A DNA stretch of 64,000 bases, from NCBI GenBank assembly GCA_965204755.1, contig OZ242011.1, positions 800,001-864,000 on the forward strand, read 5' to 3'. Each line of letters starts with the position of its first letter. Within the stretch, counting starts at the first letter, position 1. Position numbers and translations under genes: made by a program. This stretch comes from Candidatus Marinacidobacterium sp. GTDB taxonomy: Bacteria; Acidobacteriota; Vicinamibacteria; Marinacidobacterales; Marinacidobacteraceae. The notes under the pieces are model-generated. The model did not search any database. It was given only the letters and a program-made list of their open reading frames with translations, and was not told where the DNA came from. This document shows positions 28,401 to 38,014 of the stretch, piece after piece.

Positions 28401-29603
28401 ATGCACGAGCCCGGCACGCTGGTGGTCATCGGGATCGCCGCCTTTCTGCTGCCGCCGGTCGCCACGCGCCTCCTGGTTCCGGCGGTGGTGCTGGAGATCC
28501 TGTTCGGGGTGCTGGCCGGGCCGGTGCTGGGACTGGTCGAGACCAGCGAACTGCTCGACCAGATCGGCGACCTCGGGCTGCTGATGCTGATGTTCCTCGC
28601 CGGGTTCGAGATCGACTTCGCCGCGCTCCGGCGGGGCGGCGCGCGCTCCATCGCGCAGGCGCTCACCGTCTTCGCGGCGACGCTCTCGCTGTCGTTCCTG
28701 GCGACCTGGATCCTCGACCTCTCCATCTTCTACGGTCCGGTGCTGGCCACGACTTCGGCGGCGCTGGTGCTGCCCAGCATGCGGAGCGCCGGCATCACCG
28801 GGAAGAGCCTCGGCCAGGCGATCCTGGTGGCGGCGGTCGTCGCCGACCTGGTCACCCTGCTCCTCGTCGCCGAAATCACGATCTGGGCGCGCGACGGTTG
28901 GGGAATCGCGCTCGTCGGCGGGCCGGCGCTGCTGCTCCTCGTGGTGCTCACGCTGCGGGTGCTCAAACTGCTCGTTTGGTGGCATCCGGAGCGGGCGAGC
29001 CGGCTGTTCGAGGAGGACGACCCCGACGAGATGGGGATCCGCGGCGCGCTGGCGCTGCTGCTGGTGCTGGTGGGCGTGTCGGCGGCGCTCCGGGTGGAGC
29101 CGATCCTGGCGGCGTTCCTCGCCGGAGGAGTCTTCGCGCTCCTCTTCCAGCCCCCGACCTCGCTCCGCCGCCAACTCTCCGGGATTTCCTGGGGCTTCCT
29201 GATCCCGATCTTCTTCATCAATGTCGGCCTGCGCTTCGATGTGGCCGCGCTGACCGACCCGGGGCTCCTCCGCCGCGCCGGAGTGATCCTGCTCGCCGCG
29301 CTCCTCGTGAAGTTCCTCCCGGCGATGCTCTACATGTTCTGGGGCTTCTCCCTCCGGGCCGCCTCCGCCGCGGGCTTCCTCCTCTCCGCGCGCCTCAGCC
29401 TGGTGGTGGCGGTCGCCACGGTGGGAATGGAGTTGGGGCTCCTGACGCAGCAGGACCGCGCCATCGCCGTGGTCATCGCCGCCGCCACTTCCATCACCTG
29501 CCCCATCCTCTTCCGCACCGTAATCTCCCACGGCACCGCCGCCGCGAGCGGCGACGAAGAGGCCGACTCCCCGACCCGCCCGGCGGTCGAAGCCCGGATC
29601 TGA
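28401..29603 (+). CDS. Cation:proton antiporter (CPA2 family)
   Basis: GLLMLMFLAGFEID, ATTS, VVADL, FLIPIFFINVG; about 12 TM segments. Confidence 0.88.
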   Translation: MHEPGTLVVIGIAAFLLPPVATRLLVPAVVLEILFGVLAGPVLGLVETSELLDQIGDLGLLMLMFLAGFEIDFAALRRGGARSIAQALTVFAATLSLSFLATWILDLSIFYGPVLATTSAALVLPSMRSAGITGKSLGQAILVAAVVADLVTLLLVAEITIWARDGWGIALVGGPALLLLVVLTLRVLKLLVWWHPERASRLFEEDDPDEMGIRGALALLLVLVGVSAALRVEPILAAFLAGGVFALLFQPPTSLRRQLSGISWGFLIPIFFINVGLRFDVAALTDPGLLRRAGVILLAALLVKFLPAMLYMFWGFSLRAASAAGFLLSARLSLVVAVATVGMELGLLTQQDRAIAVVIAAATSITCPILFRTVISHGTAAASGDEEADSPTRPAVEARI

Positions 29604-29643
29604 GCGTCCTCGAGCCCGACCCGGAAACGCCCCGCCCGTCGCC

Positions 29644-29649
29644 TATACT
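29644..29649 (+). promoter_or_regulatory. -10 box TATACT upstream of the DUF262 gene
   Basis: AT-rich hexamer in GC-rich intergenic DNA, 41 nt before the ATG. Confidence 0.5.
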
Positions 29650-29690
29650 CGCCGCGCCGCGCGCAATTCCCGCCCACCGCTGACCGCCGA

Positions 29691-31652
29691 ATGAAACTGG
29701 ACAGAATCCTCAACGAGGTCGAGTCCCGATCGGTGGAGTTGCCCGAATTCCAACGCGGCTATGTGTGGAACCGAGAACAGGTTCGCAACCTGTTCTGGTC
29801 CCTCTACCAGCGAAATCCGGTCGGAAGCCTCCTCATGTGGGAAACCGCAGCCGGAGCGATCAAGGTCAAAGGTAACGGCGCGGTCGCTGCCGGCCAAAAC
29901 ATCAAGTTGCTTCTCGACGGCCAGCAGCGCATCACCTCCGCCTACGGCGTGATTCGCGGGGAAGCGCCGGCGTTCTTCGACGGGAACGCGGAGGCGTTCA
30001 CCGACCTTCACTTCCACATAGACGAAGAGAAGTTCGAGTTCTACCAGTCGACGAAGATGGCATCCGATCCGCTTTGGATCGATGTTTCTCGTTTGATGAG
30101 GAACGGTCTGACTCCGTACTTCCGAATCATGGAGACCGTGGATCGCGAAGCGGCGAACCGCAGGCTGGAACGACTCAACACACTGCTACAAGTCAAGGAA
30201 ATCGACATCTACATCGAGGAGATCACGGGGAGCGACCGCTCCCTCGATGAAGTAGTGGACATCTTCAATGCCGTGAACAGCGGTGGCACGAAACTCTCCA
30301 AGGGGGATTTGGCGCTGGCCAAGATCTGCGCCGGATGGCCGGAGGCTCGGGATGCGATAAAGGATCATCTGCGCCGCTGGAAGAAAGTCGGATACGACTT
30401 CACGCCCGACTGGTTGCTTCGCTGTCTCAACACAGTGCTCACCGGCGAAGCCAACTTCCGCTTTCTCGACTACAAGAAGCCCGCGGAGATCCAAGAGGGC
30501 CTGAAGCGCGCGGCCAACGCTGTGAACCATTCCCTGAACCTCATCGCAGACCGACTCGGACTCGACCACGATCGCGTGTTGTTCGGACGCTACGCGATTC
30601 CGGTGATGGCGCGCTACTTCGACCGGAAGGACGGATTCCTCGGCGGCAGCGAGAGCGACAAGTTGCTGTTCTGGTACCTGCAGGCAGCCATGTGGGGTCG
30701 TTTCTCCGGTTCGACGGCAACGAAAATCGATCAAGATATCGAGGCTATGGACAGCGGTGGACTCGAAGGGCTTCTGAAGCAGATGCACCTCTGGCACGGC
30801 CGCTTGGGCGTGGTACCGAGCCACTTCGAGGGATGGGGCCTCGGAGCACGGTTCTATCCGATCCTGTACCTGCTCACGCGAATGGGCGGCGCGAAGGACT
30901 TCTGCTCGGGAGTCGAACTCAGGAAAGGACTTCTGGGCGAGGGCAGCAGTCTCGAGGTCCACCACATCTTTCCCAAGGCGCAGTTGTACAAGCACGGATT
31001 CTCTCGCGCCGAAGTCAACTCGCTGGCGAATTTCTGTTTCCTCACCGCGGACTGCAACAAGAGCATCAGCGATAGCCTTCCCGAGACTTACTTCCCGGAG
31101 AAGGAGGGGAAGAACCCCGGGGTCTTGGCCTCCCAGTGGATTCCCAAAGACGAGAGCCTCTGGCGTATCGAGAACTACCGCGACTTCCTCGAAGCCCGCC
31201 GTAGCCTCTTGGCGACGGAAGCCAATTCCCGACTCGCCGGATTGCTGCACGGGGAGACCCGATGGATGGAGGGCGGCGAGACCGAGTCCCAAGCGCGGCC
31301 GGTCGTCGGGGGGATCACGAGCGAGGAAGAGCGGCGTGAACTCGAGGCCCTGAAAGCCTGGGCCACCGAGCAGGGACTCTCCCCCGGAAAACTACCGTTC
31401 GACTTCTCCGACCCGAAGACCGGCGAACAGGTCGCCGTGTTCGACCTCGCGTGGCCGGGCGGCATCCAGGACGGTCTCACTCACCCGGTGGCCGTGCTGC
31501 TCGACGAAGGGGACGAACTCATCCGCTTCGCGAACGACGCCGGCTACCGCTTCTTCACTTCCACCGACGCCTTCAAGCGGTATGTGGAGAAGGACATCCT
31601 GAAACGCGGCGAGACTGGGGAGGCCGACAGCGGCCCGGCCTCCCCGAACTGA
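29691..31652 (+). CDS. DUF262 + HNH (GmrSD-like) restriction/defence protein
   Basis: LPEFQRGYVW, LLDGQQR, FNAVNSGG (DUF262), and HHIFP...N..N (HNH/DUF1524-like). Visibly lower GC than its neighbours. Confidence 0.85.
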   Translation: MKLDRILNEVESRSVELPEFQRGYVWNREQVRNLFWSLYQRNPVGSLLMWETAAGAIKVKGNGAVAAGQNIKLLLDGQQRITSAYGVIRGEAPAFFDGNAEAFTDLHFHIDEEKFEFYQSTKMASDPLWIDVSRLMRNGLTPYFRIMETVDREAANRRLERLNTLLQVKEIDIYIEEITGSDRSLDEVVDIFNAVNSGGTKLSKGDLALAKICAGWPEARDAIKDHLRRWKKVGYDFTPDWLLRCLNTVLTGEANFRFLDYKKPAEIQEGLKRAANAVNHSLNLIADRLGLDHDRVLFGRYAIPVMARYFDRKDGFLGGSESDKLLFWYLQAAMWGRFSGSTATKIDQDIEAMDSGGLEGLLKQMHLWHGRLGVVPSHFEGWGLGARFYPILYLLTRMGGAKDFCSGVELRKGLLGEGSSLEVHHIFPKAQLYKHGFSRAEVNSLANFCFLTADCNKSISDSLPETYFPEKEGKNPGVLASQWIPKDESLWRIENYRDFLEARRSLLATEANSRLAGLLHGETRWMEGGETESQARPVVGGITSEEERRELEALKAWATEQGLSPGKLPFDFSDPKTGEQVAVFDLAWPGGIQDGLTHPVAVLLDEGDELIRFANDAGYRFFTSTDAFKRYVEKDILKRGETGEADSGPASPN

Positions 31653-31675
31653 CACTCCTGCCGGAGGAGCGAACC

Positions 31676-32950
31676 ATGAAGTACGAACAGAGCGAAGCGC
31701 GGCGCGGGGAGACCACGCGGCGCGGGTTCCTGCGGGCGGCGGGGGCGCTGCCGGCGCTCCTGCCCGTCGCTCGCGCAGCGGCGGCGGAGGGGGACGACGA
31801 GGCGCTCTTCCGCCTGGTGCGGCGGGAGTTCCCGTTCGGGGAGGAGCGCCTTCCCATGAACGCGGCGAACCTGTGCCCCTCGCCCCGGGCGGTGGCCGAC
31901 GCGGTGAGCGAACTCACGCGGGACATCGACCGCGACTGTTCGTTCCAGAACCGGGCGAAGTTCGCCGGGATGCGGGAAGCGGCGCGGGAGGCGGCGGCCG
32001 CCATGCTCGGCGCGTCGCCGGACGAAGTCGCGCTCACCCGCAACACCAGCGAGTCGAACAACATCGTGAACGCCGGGCTCCCGCTCGGGCCGGGAGACGA
32101 AGTGGTCGCGTGGGACCAGAACCACCCGACGAACAATGTCGCCTGGGAGGTCCGGGCGGCGCGCCACGGGTTCTCCGTGCGCCGGGTGGGCGTTCCCGCC
32201 GCGCCCGGAGCGCCGGGCGACCTGGTGGCGCCTTTCGTTTCGGCGTTCACGGACGCGACGAAGGTCGTGGCGCTGACGCATGTCTCCAATGTCTCCGGCA
32301 TCCGGCTGCCGGTTCGGGAGATCGCCGACGCCGCGCACGAACGCGGCATCCTGGTCCATGTGGACGGGGCGCAGAGTTGGGGCGGCCTGCGGGTGGATGT
32401 CCGCGCGCTCGGCGCCGACACCTTCACTTCGAGTTCGCACAAGTGGTTCTGCGGGCCGAAGGAATGCGGCGTGCTGTTCGTCCGCGAAGAGCGCATCCCC
32501 GGGATGTGGCCGTCGATCGTCGCCCCCGGTTGGGGCGCGGACGCCGACCCCGACCCGCGGGGCGCGCGGAAGTTCGAGTCCATGGGACAGCGCGACGACG
32601 CCTGCCTCGCGGCGATGGCCACCACCGCGGCGTTCCACCGGGAAATCGGCGTGGAGCGGATCGAGTCCCGGATGATGGCGCTCGCCCGCCGGCTGAAGGA
32701 GGGCGCCGCCGCGCTCGGCCTCCCGTTGGTCACGCCGATGGACGACGAGATGTCCGCCGGCGTGGTGATCGTCGAAGTCCCGGGCGAGTCGCGCCGCGAA
32801 GTGTTCTCCCGGATGTACGAGGAGTACGGCGTCGCCGGCTCCACTTCCGGCGGGTTCCGCCTCTCCCCGCACCTCTACAACACCGAGGAACACATCGAAC
32901 GCGCCCTCGCCGGCCTCGAAGGCCTCCGCCCGCTCATCCGCCCCGCCTGA
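31676..32950 (+). CDS. Class V PLP-dependent aminotransferase (isopenicillin N epimerase-like) with Tat signal
   Basis: ATG 31676 with GGAGG RBS, TRRGFL Tat motif, DGAQ, SSHKWFCGPKECG. Confidence 0.87.
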   Translation: MKYEQSEARRGETTRRGFLRAAGALPALLPVARAAAAEGDDEALFRLVRREFPFGEERLPMNAANLCPSPRAVADAVSELTRDIDRDCSFQNRAKFAGMREAAREAAAAMLGASPDEVALTRNTSESNNIVNAGLPLGPGDEVVAWDQNHPTNNVAWEVRAARHGFSVRRVGVPAAPGAPGDLVAPFVSAFTDATKVVALTHVSNVSGIRLPVREIADAAHERGILVHVDGAQSWGGLRVDVRALGADTFTSSSHKWFCGPKECGVLFVREERIPGMWPSIVAPGWGADADPDPRGARKFESMGQRDDACLAAMATTAAFHREIGVERIESRMMALARRLKEGAAALGLPLVTPMDDEMSAGVVIVEVPGESRREVFSRMYEEYGVAGSTSGGFRLSPHLYNTEEHIERALAGLEGLRPLIRPA

Positions 32951-32976
32951 ACCGCGCCGCGCCCGGCGCGCGGTTT
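32951..32976. terminator. Possible hairpin terminator between convergent genes
   Basis: ACCGCGC...GCGCGGT stem followed by a short T run. Confidence 0.35.
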
Positions 32977-34166
32977 CACTTCCGGCCGGCGGCGCGGGCG
33001 GTCTCCCGGCGCAGGAACCGGTCGAAGAGGGGAACGGTGAAGTCCACTTCACCGTGGCGGGGGGAAACGCAGAGACCGCTTCGCGCCAGCGAGTCGAGCC
33101 GCGAGTCGAAGTCGGACGCCGGGAGGCCCGAAGCGGCCCGGAGGTCCTGCTCCGGATACGGCCCGGCGCCGAGGGACGCCATGGCGAAGAGCAGCGCGCG
33201 ATCTTCCGCGGGCGCCCGGTCGAAGCGGACGCGGAAGAACCCGTCGTCGAGCCGCGCCAGCGCGTTCGGCGCCGCCGCCTCCGCCTCTTCGAGGGTGATG
33301 ACCTCGGGGCCGGCGGCGGTGTCCCAAACCGCGCGACCGAATTCCTGCACGAAGTACGGATACCCCGAAGTCAACTCGACGATCCGATCCACCGCGTCGC
33401 GCCGAAAACGGACCCCCGCTGCTTCCACCGGCGTCTCCAGGGCCTCCCGCGCCTCCTCCGGGTCGAGACCGTGGAGGACCCGGAACTCGAAGAGACGCTC
33501 GGAATAGGAGGCGGCTTCGCCGAGCAGCCCGATCAGGGAGGGAAGACCCGCCGCGGCCACGAGCAGGGGCAGGCCGTCCTGACCGATCCGGTGCAGGGCG
33601 GCGACGAGGGCGGAGAGTTCCGCCCTCCCGAGATCCTGGAGTTCGTCGATCTCCCGGAAGACGCCCACGCCGCGCTCCCGAGCCGCGGCGCCGACCTGCC
33701 CGAGAAGACCCCCCAAGTCGTGGTGGAGCAGACCGGAGTCCGCCAGTCCTGCGGCAGGCTCGGCGCCGATCTCGAAATCGACGCTCCCGGGCAGTTTCCA
33801 ACGCGCCCGGAACGACCGGAGAACGGCCGCCGCCCGGCGAGTTCGGGGGCCCGGCGCCTCGCCGCGCGCGAGGCCGAGCAGGGCCTTCCCCGCCAATTCG
33901 GCCACCTCCTCGGGGAACGACCGGTCCGGCGCCGCTTCCGCGCGCCCGCAGGCCCAACCCAGGTCTTCGACTCTTCGTCCGAACTCGCCGAGGAGAACGG
34001 TCTTGCCGACCCCGCGAAACCCGGTGAGCAGGAGGCTGCGCGCATGGAGACCGTTGCCCATGCGGGTGGCGGCGACCACGCCGGCGTCGATCTCCGCCCG
34101 GCGGCCCGCCAGCGTCGGCGGACGGGCGCCGGCCCCCGGCGTGAACGGGTTCCGGGCGGGGTCCAT
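32976..34166 (-). CDS. AAA-family ATPase (AAA_16-like)
   Basis: NPFTPGAG..PPTLAGR, GFRGVGKT, IDELQ, SYSERLF, GYPYFVQ, FTVPLFDRFL. Confidence 0.88.
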   Translation of the reverse strand: MDPARNPFTPGAGARPPTLAGRRAEIDAGVVAATRMGNGLHARSLLLTGFRGVGKTVLLGEFGRRVEDLGWACGRAEAAPDRSFPEEVAELAGKALLGLARGEAPGPRTRRAAAVLRSFRARWKLPGSVDFEIGAEPAAGLADSGLLHHDLGGLLGQVGAAARERGVGVFREIDELQDLGRAELSALVAALHRIGQDGLPLLVAAAGLPSLIGLLGEAASYSERLFEFRVLHGLDPEEAREALETPVEAAGVRFRRDAVDRIVELTSGYPYFVQEFGRAVWDTAAGPEVITLEEAEAAAPNALARLDDGFFRVRFDRAPAEDRALLFAMASLGAGPYPEQDLRAASGLPASDFDSRLDSLARSGLCVSPRHGEVDFTVPLFDRFLRRETARAAGRK

Positions 34167-34211
34167 CGTCCGCCGGTCTGCCGGGCGCGCCGACCGCGGC
34201 TTCGCGAGCCC

Positions 34212-36458
34212 CTACCGGGCCAGCGCCCAGACGATGGAGCCGACGACGGTGCGGCCGGGGGCGAGGACGGCGCGGGAGTCGGCGCTGATGGCGTAGGCGC
34301 GGTCGAGCAGGTTGCGGGCGGAGACGCGGAGTTCGGCGCCGGCGGCGAGGGGCACGCCGACCGCGGCGTCCAGCCGGGCGTAGGCGTCGGTCTCGATTTC
34401 CGTGGGGCCGGGGCGGTCGCCCTTCGCGAAGCCGACCAGGACGACTTCGCCGAAGGCGCGGTCGCCGAAGCGGCGGCGGAGGCCGATGCGGAGGTTCGCC
34501 GGGGGGATCTCCGCCAGCGGGCTGTCGTCTTCGGCGGCGCCGCGCATCAGGCCGGCGGCCAGGTCGAGCGAGAACGGGTCCCCGGCGGCGCCGACCTGGA
34601 TTTCCAACTCCACGCCGCTGATGCGGGCCTCGCCGCGGTTGCGGAAGTCGTAGATGTCGCGGCTCAGGGGATCCTCGTAGCGCTCGACCAGGTCGGTGAT
34701 CCGGTAGCGGAAGCCGTAGAGGCCGCCGTGGACGCGGCCGGTCCCGAAGCGCAGCGAGCCGTCGGCCTGGAGCGACCGCTCCGGCCGGAGGTCCGGGTTG
34801 CCGAACACCAGCCCGCGGCCGCTGAGCCCGGCGTAGTAGCGGTCGGAGAGCGTGGGGTCGCGGAACCCGCGCGAGAGTTGCCCGGCGAGCGCCGCGCCCC
34901 GGGGCAGTTCGGCCCGGAGCGCCAGGAAGCCGCTGAACGCCTCGTGGCGGGCGGCGAGCGCCCGGACGCCGCCGAGCAGCGCGCGGACGCCGCCGGGTTG
35001 GCCGGAGCGGGAGCGCACCGCGGAGAGCCGCGCCCCGGCGCTCCCGGTGAGCCGGTCGGCGAGCGGTATCTCGGAGTGGCCGTAGAGGGAGACCTCGTTC
35101 CGGGTGGCGCCGCCCAGCCGCGAGCCGATGTCGGCGAACCGGCCGGTGAAGAGGTCGACGGGGATGCCCTCGATCCTCGTCCGGTTCTCCAGGCCGAACC
35201 GGCTCAGCGCCTCGGCGCCGACTTCGAGCCGGCCCCGGCCGAGCGGACGGACGCCGCTGACCCGCAGCATGAAGTCGCGCGCCTCCACCTCGGAGTCCAC
35301 GGCCACCTCGTCGGCCTCCCGGCGGGTCCACAGGCGGTGCGAGCCGTAGAAGACCGAGGCGTCGAGGCGGGCGAAGCCCCACCGGGGGGCGAACCGGTAG
35401 TCGGCGGTGAAGCGGGTCGAGTCCTCTTCGGGATAGGAAGTGACCGACGAAGTCCGGCGCGGCCGGCCGATGTTGCGGCCGGCGTCCACCTGGACGCCCA
35501 GGGAGAGCGTCCCGCCGCCGACTTCGCGCGCGCCCCGCAGGAGGAAGCCGTAGTCCTCGGCCCCGGAGCCGGCGACCACCCCCTCCGGGCTGCGGTAGTC
35601 GGCGAAGGCCCGGCGGCGGGCGGAGGCCAGGAACCCGGTCCGCCCCGCCGAGCCGGCGGCTTCCGCGCCGAAACTGGTTTCCGGCAGGCCGGCGCCCCGG
35701 GTGGCGCGGAGGCGGGCGGAGAGCGGCGCGCCGGGGGCCGGGCGGTGGGTGCGGGCGTGGATGACCCCCCCGAACGCGTCCGAGCCGTAGGCGACGGAAG
35801 CCGGCCCCCGGACCACCTCCACCGCGTCGAGGAAGAACGGGTCGAGGAAGGCGCCGCCGGCGCCGGCCCGGCGCTCGGTGGTCACCCGGGCGCCGTCGAG
35901 CAGGAGCACCGTGCGCCCGCGGGAGAGCCCCCGCAGCGAGGGGACGCCGGCGTGGAGGTCGCTGCTGCGGCCGCTGCCCGGAATCGCCTCGAGCACATCG
36001 GCGAGGCGCGGCGCCTGCCGGGTGCGGATGGCCTCGCCGGAGATGACCGCGGCGGCGGCGCCGGGCGTGGCGTCGGTGTGCGGGACCGCGCCGGCGGTGA
36101 TGGTCACGCTCTCGGCGATGGCCAGTTCCCGGACCCGGATCTCCACCGGCGAAGGGTCGAGCGACTCCACGGTTACCGGGGCGGTGTAGCGGTCGCCGGG
36201 CAGGACGACCAGCACCTCGAAGGGAGGCGCCGGGTCGGGCTGCCAGGTGAACCGCCCGTCGGCGCCGGTGGTGACGAAACCGGCGGCGCCGAGGACCTGC
36301 ACGATGGCGCCGGCGACCGGCTCCCCGGAGTCGAGGACCACCCGCCCCTCGAAGGCCGCCGCCGGCGCGGCGAACGATCCGGCGGCGAGGAGCCCGGCCA
36401 GCGCCCGCCGGAGGATCGGGAGCGCCGGGGACATCGCCGGAGGGCAAGCCAGACTCAT
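34212..36458 (-). CDS. TonB-dependent receptor
   Basis: ATG 36458 overlaps the ampG stop. Signal peptide, ESVTITA TonB-box-like segment, plug motif VEVVRGPASVAYGSDAFGGVI, GNPDLRPE, RNLLDRAY. Confidence 0.9.
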   Translation of the reverse strand: MSLACPPAMSPALPILRRALAGLLAAGSFAAPAAAFEGRVVLDSGEPVAGAIVQVLGAAGFVTTGADGRFTWQPDPAPPFEVLVVLPGDRYTAPVTVESLDPSPVEIRVRELAIAESVTITAGAVPHTDATPGAAAAVISGEAIRTRQAPRLADVLEAIPGSGRSSDLHAGVPSLRGLSRGRTVLLLDGARVTTERRAGAGGAFLDPFFLDAVEVVRGPASVAYGSDAFGGVIHARTHRPAPGAPLSARLRATRGAGLPETSFGAEAAGSAGRTGFLASARRRAFADYRSPEGVVAGSGAEDYGFLLRGAREVGGGTLSLGVQVDAGRNIGRPRRTSSVTSYPEEDSTRFTADYRFAPRWGFARLDASVFYGSHRLWTRREADEVAVDSEVEARDFMLRVSGVRPLGRGRLEVGAEALSRFGLENRTRIEGIPVDLFTGRFADIGSRLGGATRNEVSLYGHSEIPLADRLTGSAGARLSAVRSRSGQPGGVRALLGGVRALAARHEAFSGFLALRAELPRGAALAGQLSRGFRDPTLSDRYYAGLSGRGLVFGNPDLRPERSLQADGSLRFGTGRVHGGLYGFRYRITDLVERYEDPLSRDIYDFRNRGEARISGVELEIQVGAAGDPFSLDLAAGLMRGAAEDDSPLAEIPPANLRIGLRRRFGDRAFGEVVLVGFAKGDRPGPTEIETDAYARLDAAVGVPLAAGAELRVSARNLLDRAYAISADSRAVLAPGRTVVGSIVWALAR

Positions 36459-38014
36459 ACCGACCGGGGGCGGCCGGCCCGCGCCCGGGAGACGCCCAGC
36501 GCCGCGCCGAAGAGCCCCGAAACCAGGGTGAGGCAAGCCAGCCCGCCGAGTTGCACCCAGTCGGCGAACGCCTCCGGACGGACGACCCGGCGGAACCCCT
36601 CCGCCAGCGAGAAGCCGTCCTCCGGGGCCAGCCGGAGCGCCTTCAGCGCGGAGAGCAGCGACGCGGCCAGCAGGAACAACGCGCCGCCGGCGCCGGCCCA
36701 GAGGCCGAAGGCGGCGAGGACTCCCGGGGACGCCGCCGGGGAGGCGGACGGGGCGTCCGGCCCGCCCTCGGCGCGGAACACCGGGTCGCGGACGCCGAAC
36801 GGCGCGAAGCGGTGGAGGAGGACGAGTCCCGGGATCCCCATCGCCATGGTGGACAGGAAGAAGGCGCGCCAGCCGAGCGCGTCCACCGCGAAGCCGGTGA
36901 CCGGCCCGGCGAGGAGCCGGGGGAGGGCGAACAGGCCGGAGAAGAGCGCGTACTGGGTCGCCGAGAACCGCTTCTCGGTGATCCTCAGCAGCAGCACCGA
37001 GAACGCCCCGGTGCCGAGTCCGCTGGTGAGCAACTCGAACGCCGTCGCTCCGTACATCCAGGCCAGACTGCCTTCCGCGCCGGCGACGAAGTAGTAGCCG
37101 AGGTTCGAGAAGATCTGGAGGCCGCCGAAGAGCCACAGCGACGGCCCCAGCCCGGCCATGGTGGTGACGATCCCGCCGGCGAACGCGCCGAACACCGTGG
37201 CCGCGAGGCCCACCGTGCCGAGGGCGACCCCCCGGTGGTTCGCGCCGTAGCCCATGTCCACCAGGAACGGGCGGGTCAGCGCCTGCGCCAGGTTGTCGGC
37301 GAACTTGTAGAAGAAGACGAAGGCCAGGATCTCCAGCGCGCGGGGCCGGGAGAGCGCTTCGAGGAAGGGCTGCCAGACCGCGTCGGCGAGCGTCTTGGGC
37401 CGGACTTCCCGGCCCTCCGGCTCCGGCGCCCGCCAGGTTACGAGCAGCATGGGCAGGAACAGCAGCCCCAGCAGCGCGTTCACCGCGCCCCAGCCCAGTT
37501 GCGCGGCGAGGCTGATCGCGCCGCCGCCGGCGACCAGCATGGCGGCGCGGTAGAGCGCGATCCGGGCGCCCACCGCCGCGCCCTGCTCCTCGGGGCGCAG
37601 CACCTCGACTGCGTAGGCGTCGAGCACGATGTCCTGCGAAGCGGCGGCGAGCCCCACCGCGAGCGCCAGCGCGCCCACCACCCAGATGGCGTCCGGGTGG
37701 TCCCCGGCGCCGCCCAGCAGCAGGCAGCAGGCCAGCAGCGCGACCTGGGTCACCGCCATCCAGCCGCGCCGGCGCCCCCAGAAACCGGGGACGAACCGGT
37801 CCATGAACGGTGACCAGAGGATCTTGAACGCCCAGGGGATCTGCGCCAGGTTGAAGAGGCCCACGATCCGGATGTCCACGCCGATGTCCCGCATCCAGTC
37901 CGGGATCGCGTACCAGACGAGGCCCAGCGGCAGGCCCGACGAGAACGAGAGCGCCACCACCGAGAGCGCGCGCCGGGAGCGGAGGCCGGCGAGCGCCGCG
38001 GAGAGCCGGGTCAT
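36455..38014 (-). CDS. ampG: AmpG-family muropeptide MFS permease
   Basis: FSSGLPL, KILWSPFMD, GRRRGW, ASQDIVLDAY, FSATQYALFS. ATG 38014 overlaps the upstream stop. Confidence 0.88.
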   Translation of the reverse strand: MTRLSAALAGLRSRRALSVVALSFSSGLPLGLVWYAIPDWMRDIGVDIRIVGLFNLAQIPWAFKILWSPFMDRFVPGFWGRRRGWMAVTQVALLACCLLLGGAGDHPDAIWVVGALALAVGLAAASQDIVLDAYAVEVLRPEEQGAAVGARIALYRAAMLVAGGGAISLAAQLGWGAVNALLGLLFLPMLLVTWRAPEPEGREVRPKTLADAVWQPFLEALSRPRALEILAFVFFYKFADNLAQALTRPFLVDMGYGANHRGVALGTVGLAATVFGAFAGGIVTTMAGLGPSLWLFGGLQIFSNLGYYFVAGAEGSLAWMYGATAFELLTSGLGTGAFSVLLLRITEKRFSATQYALFSGLFALPRLLAGPVTGFAVDALGWRAFFLSTMAMGIPGLVLLHRFAPFGVRDPVFRAEGGPDAPSASPAASPGVLAAFGLWAGAGGALFLLAASLLSALKALRLAPEDGFSLAEGFRRVVRPEAFADWVQLGGLACLTLVSGLFGAALGVSRARAGRPRSV

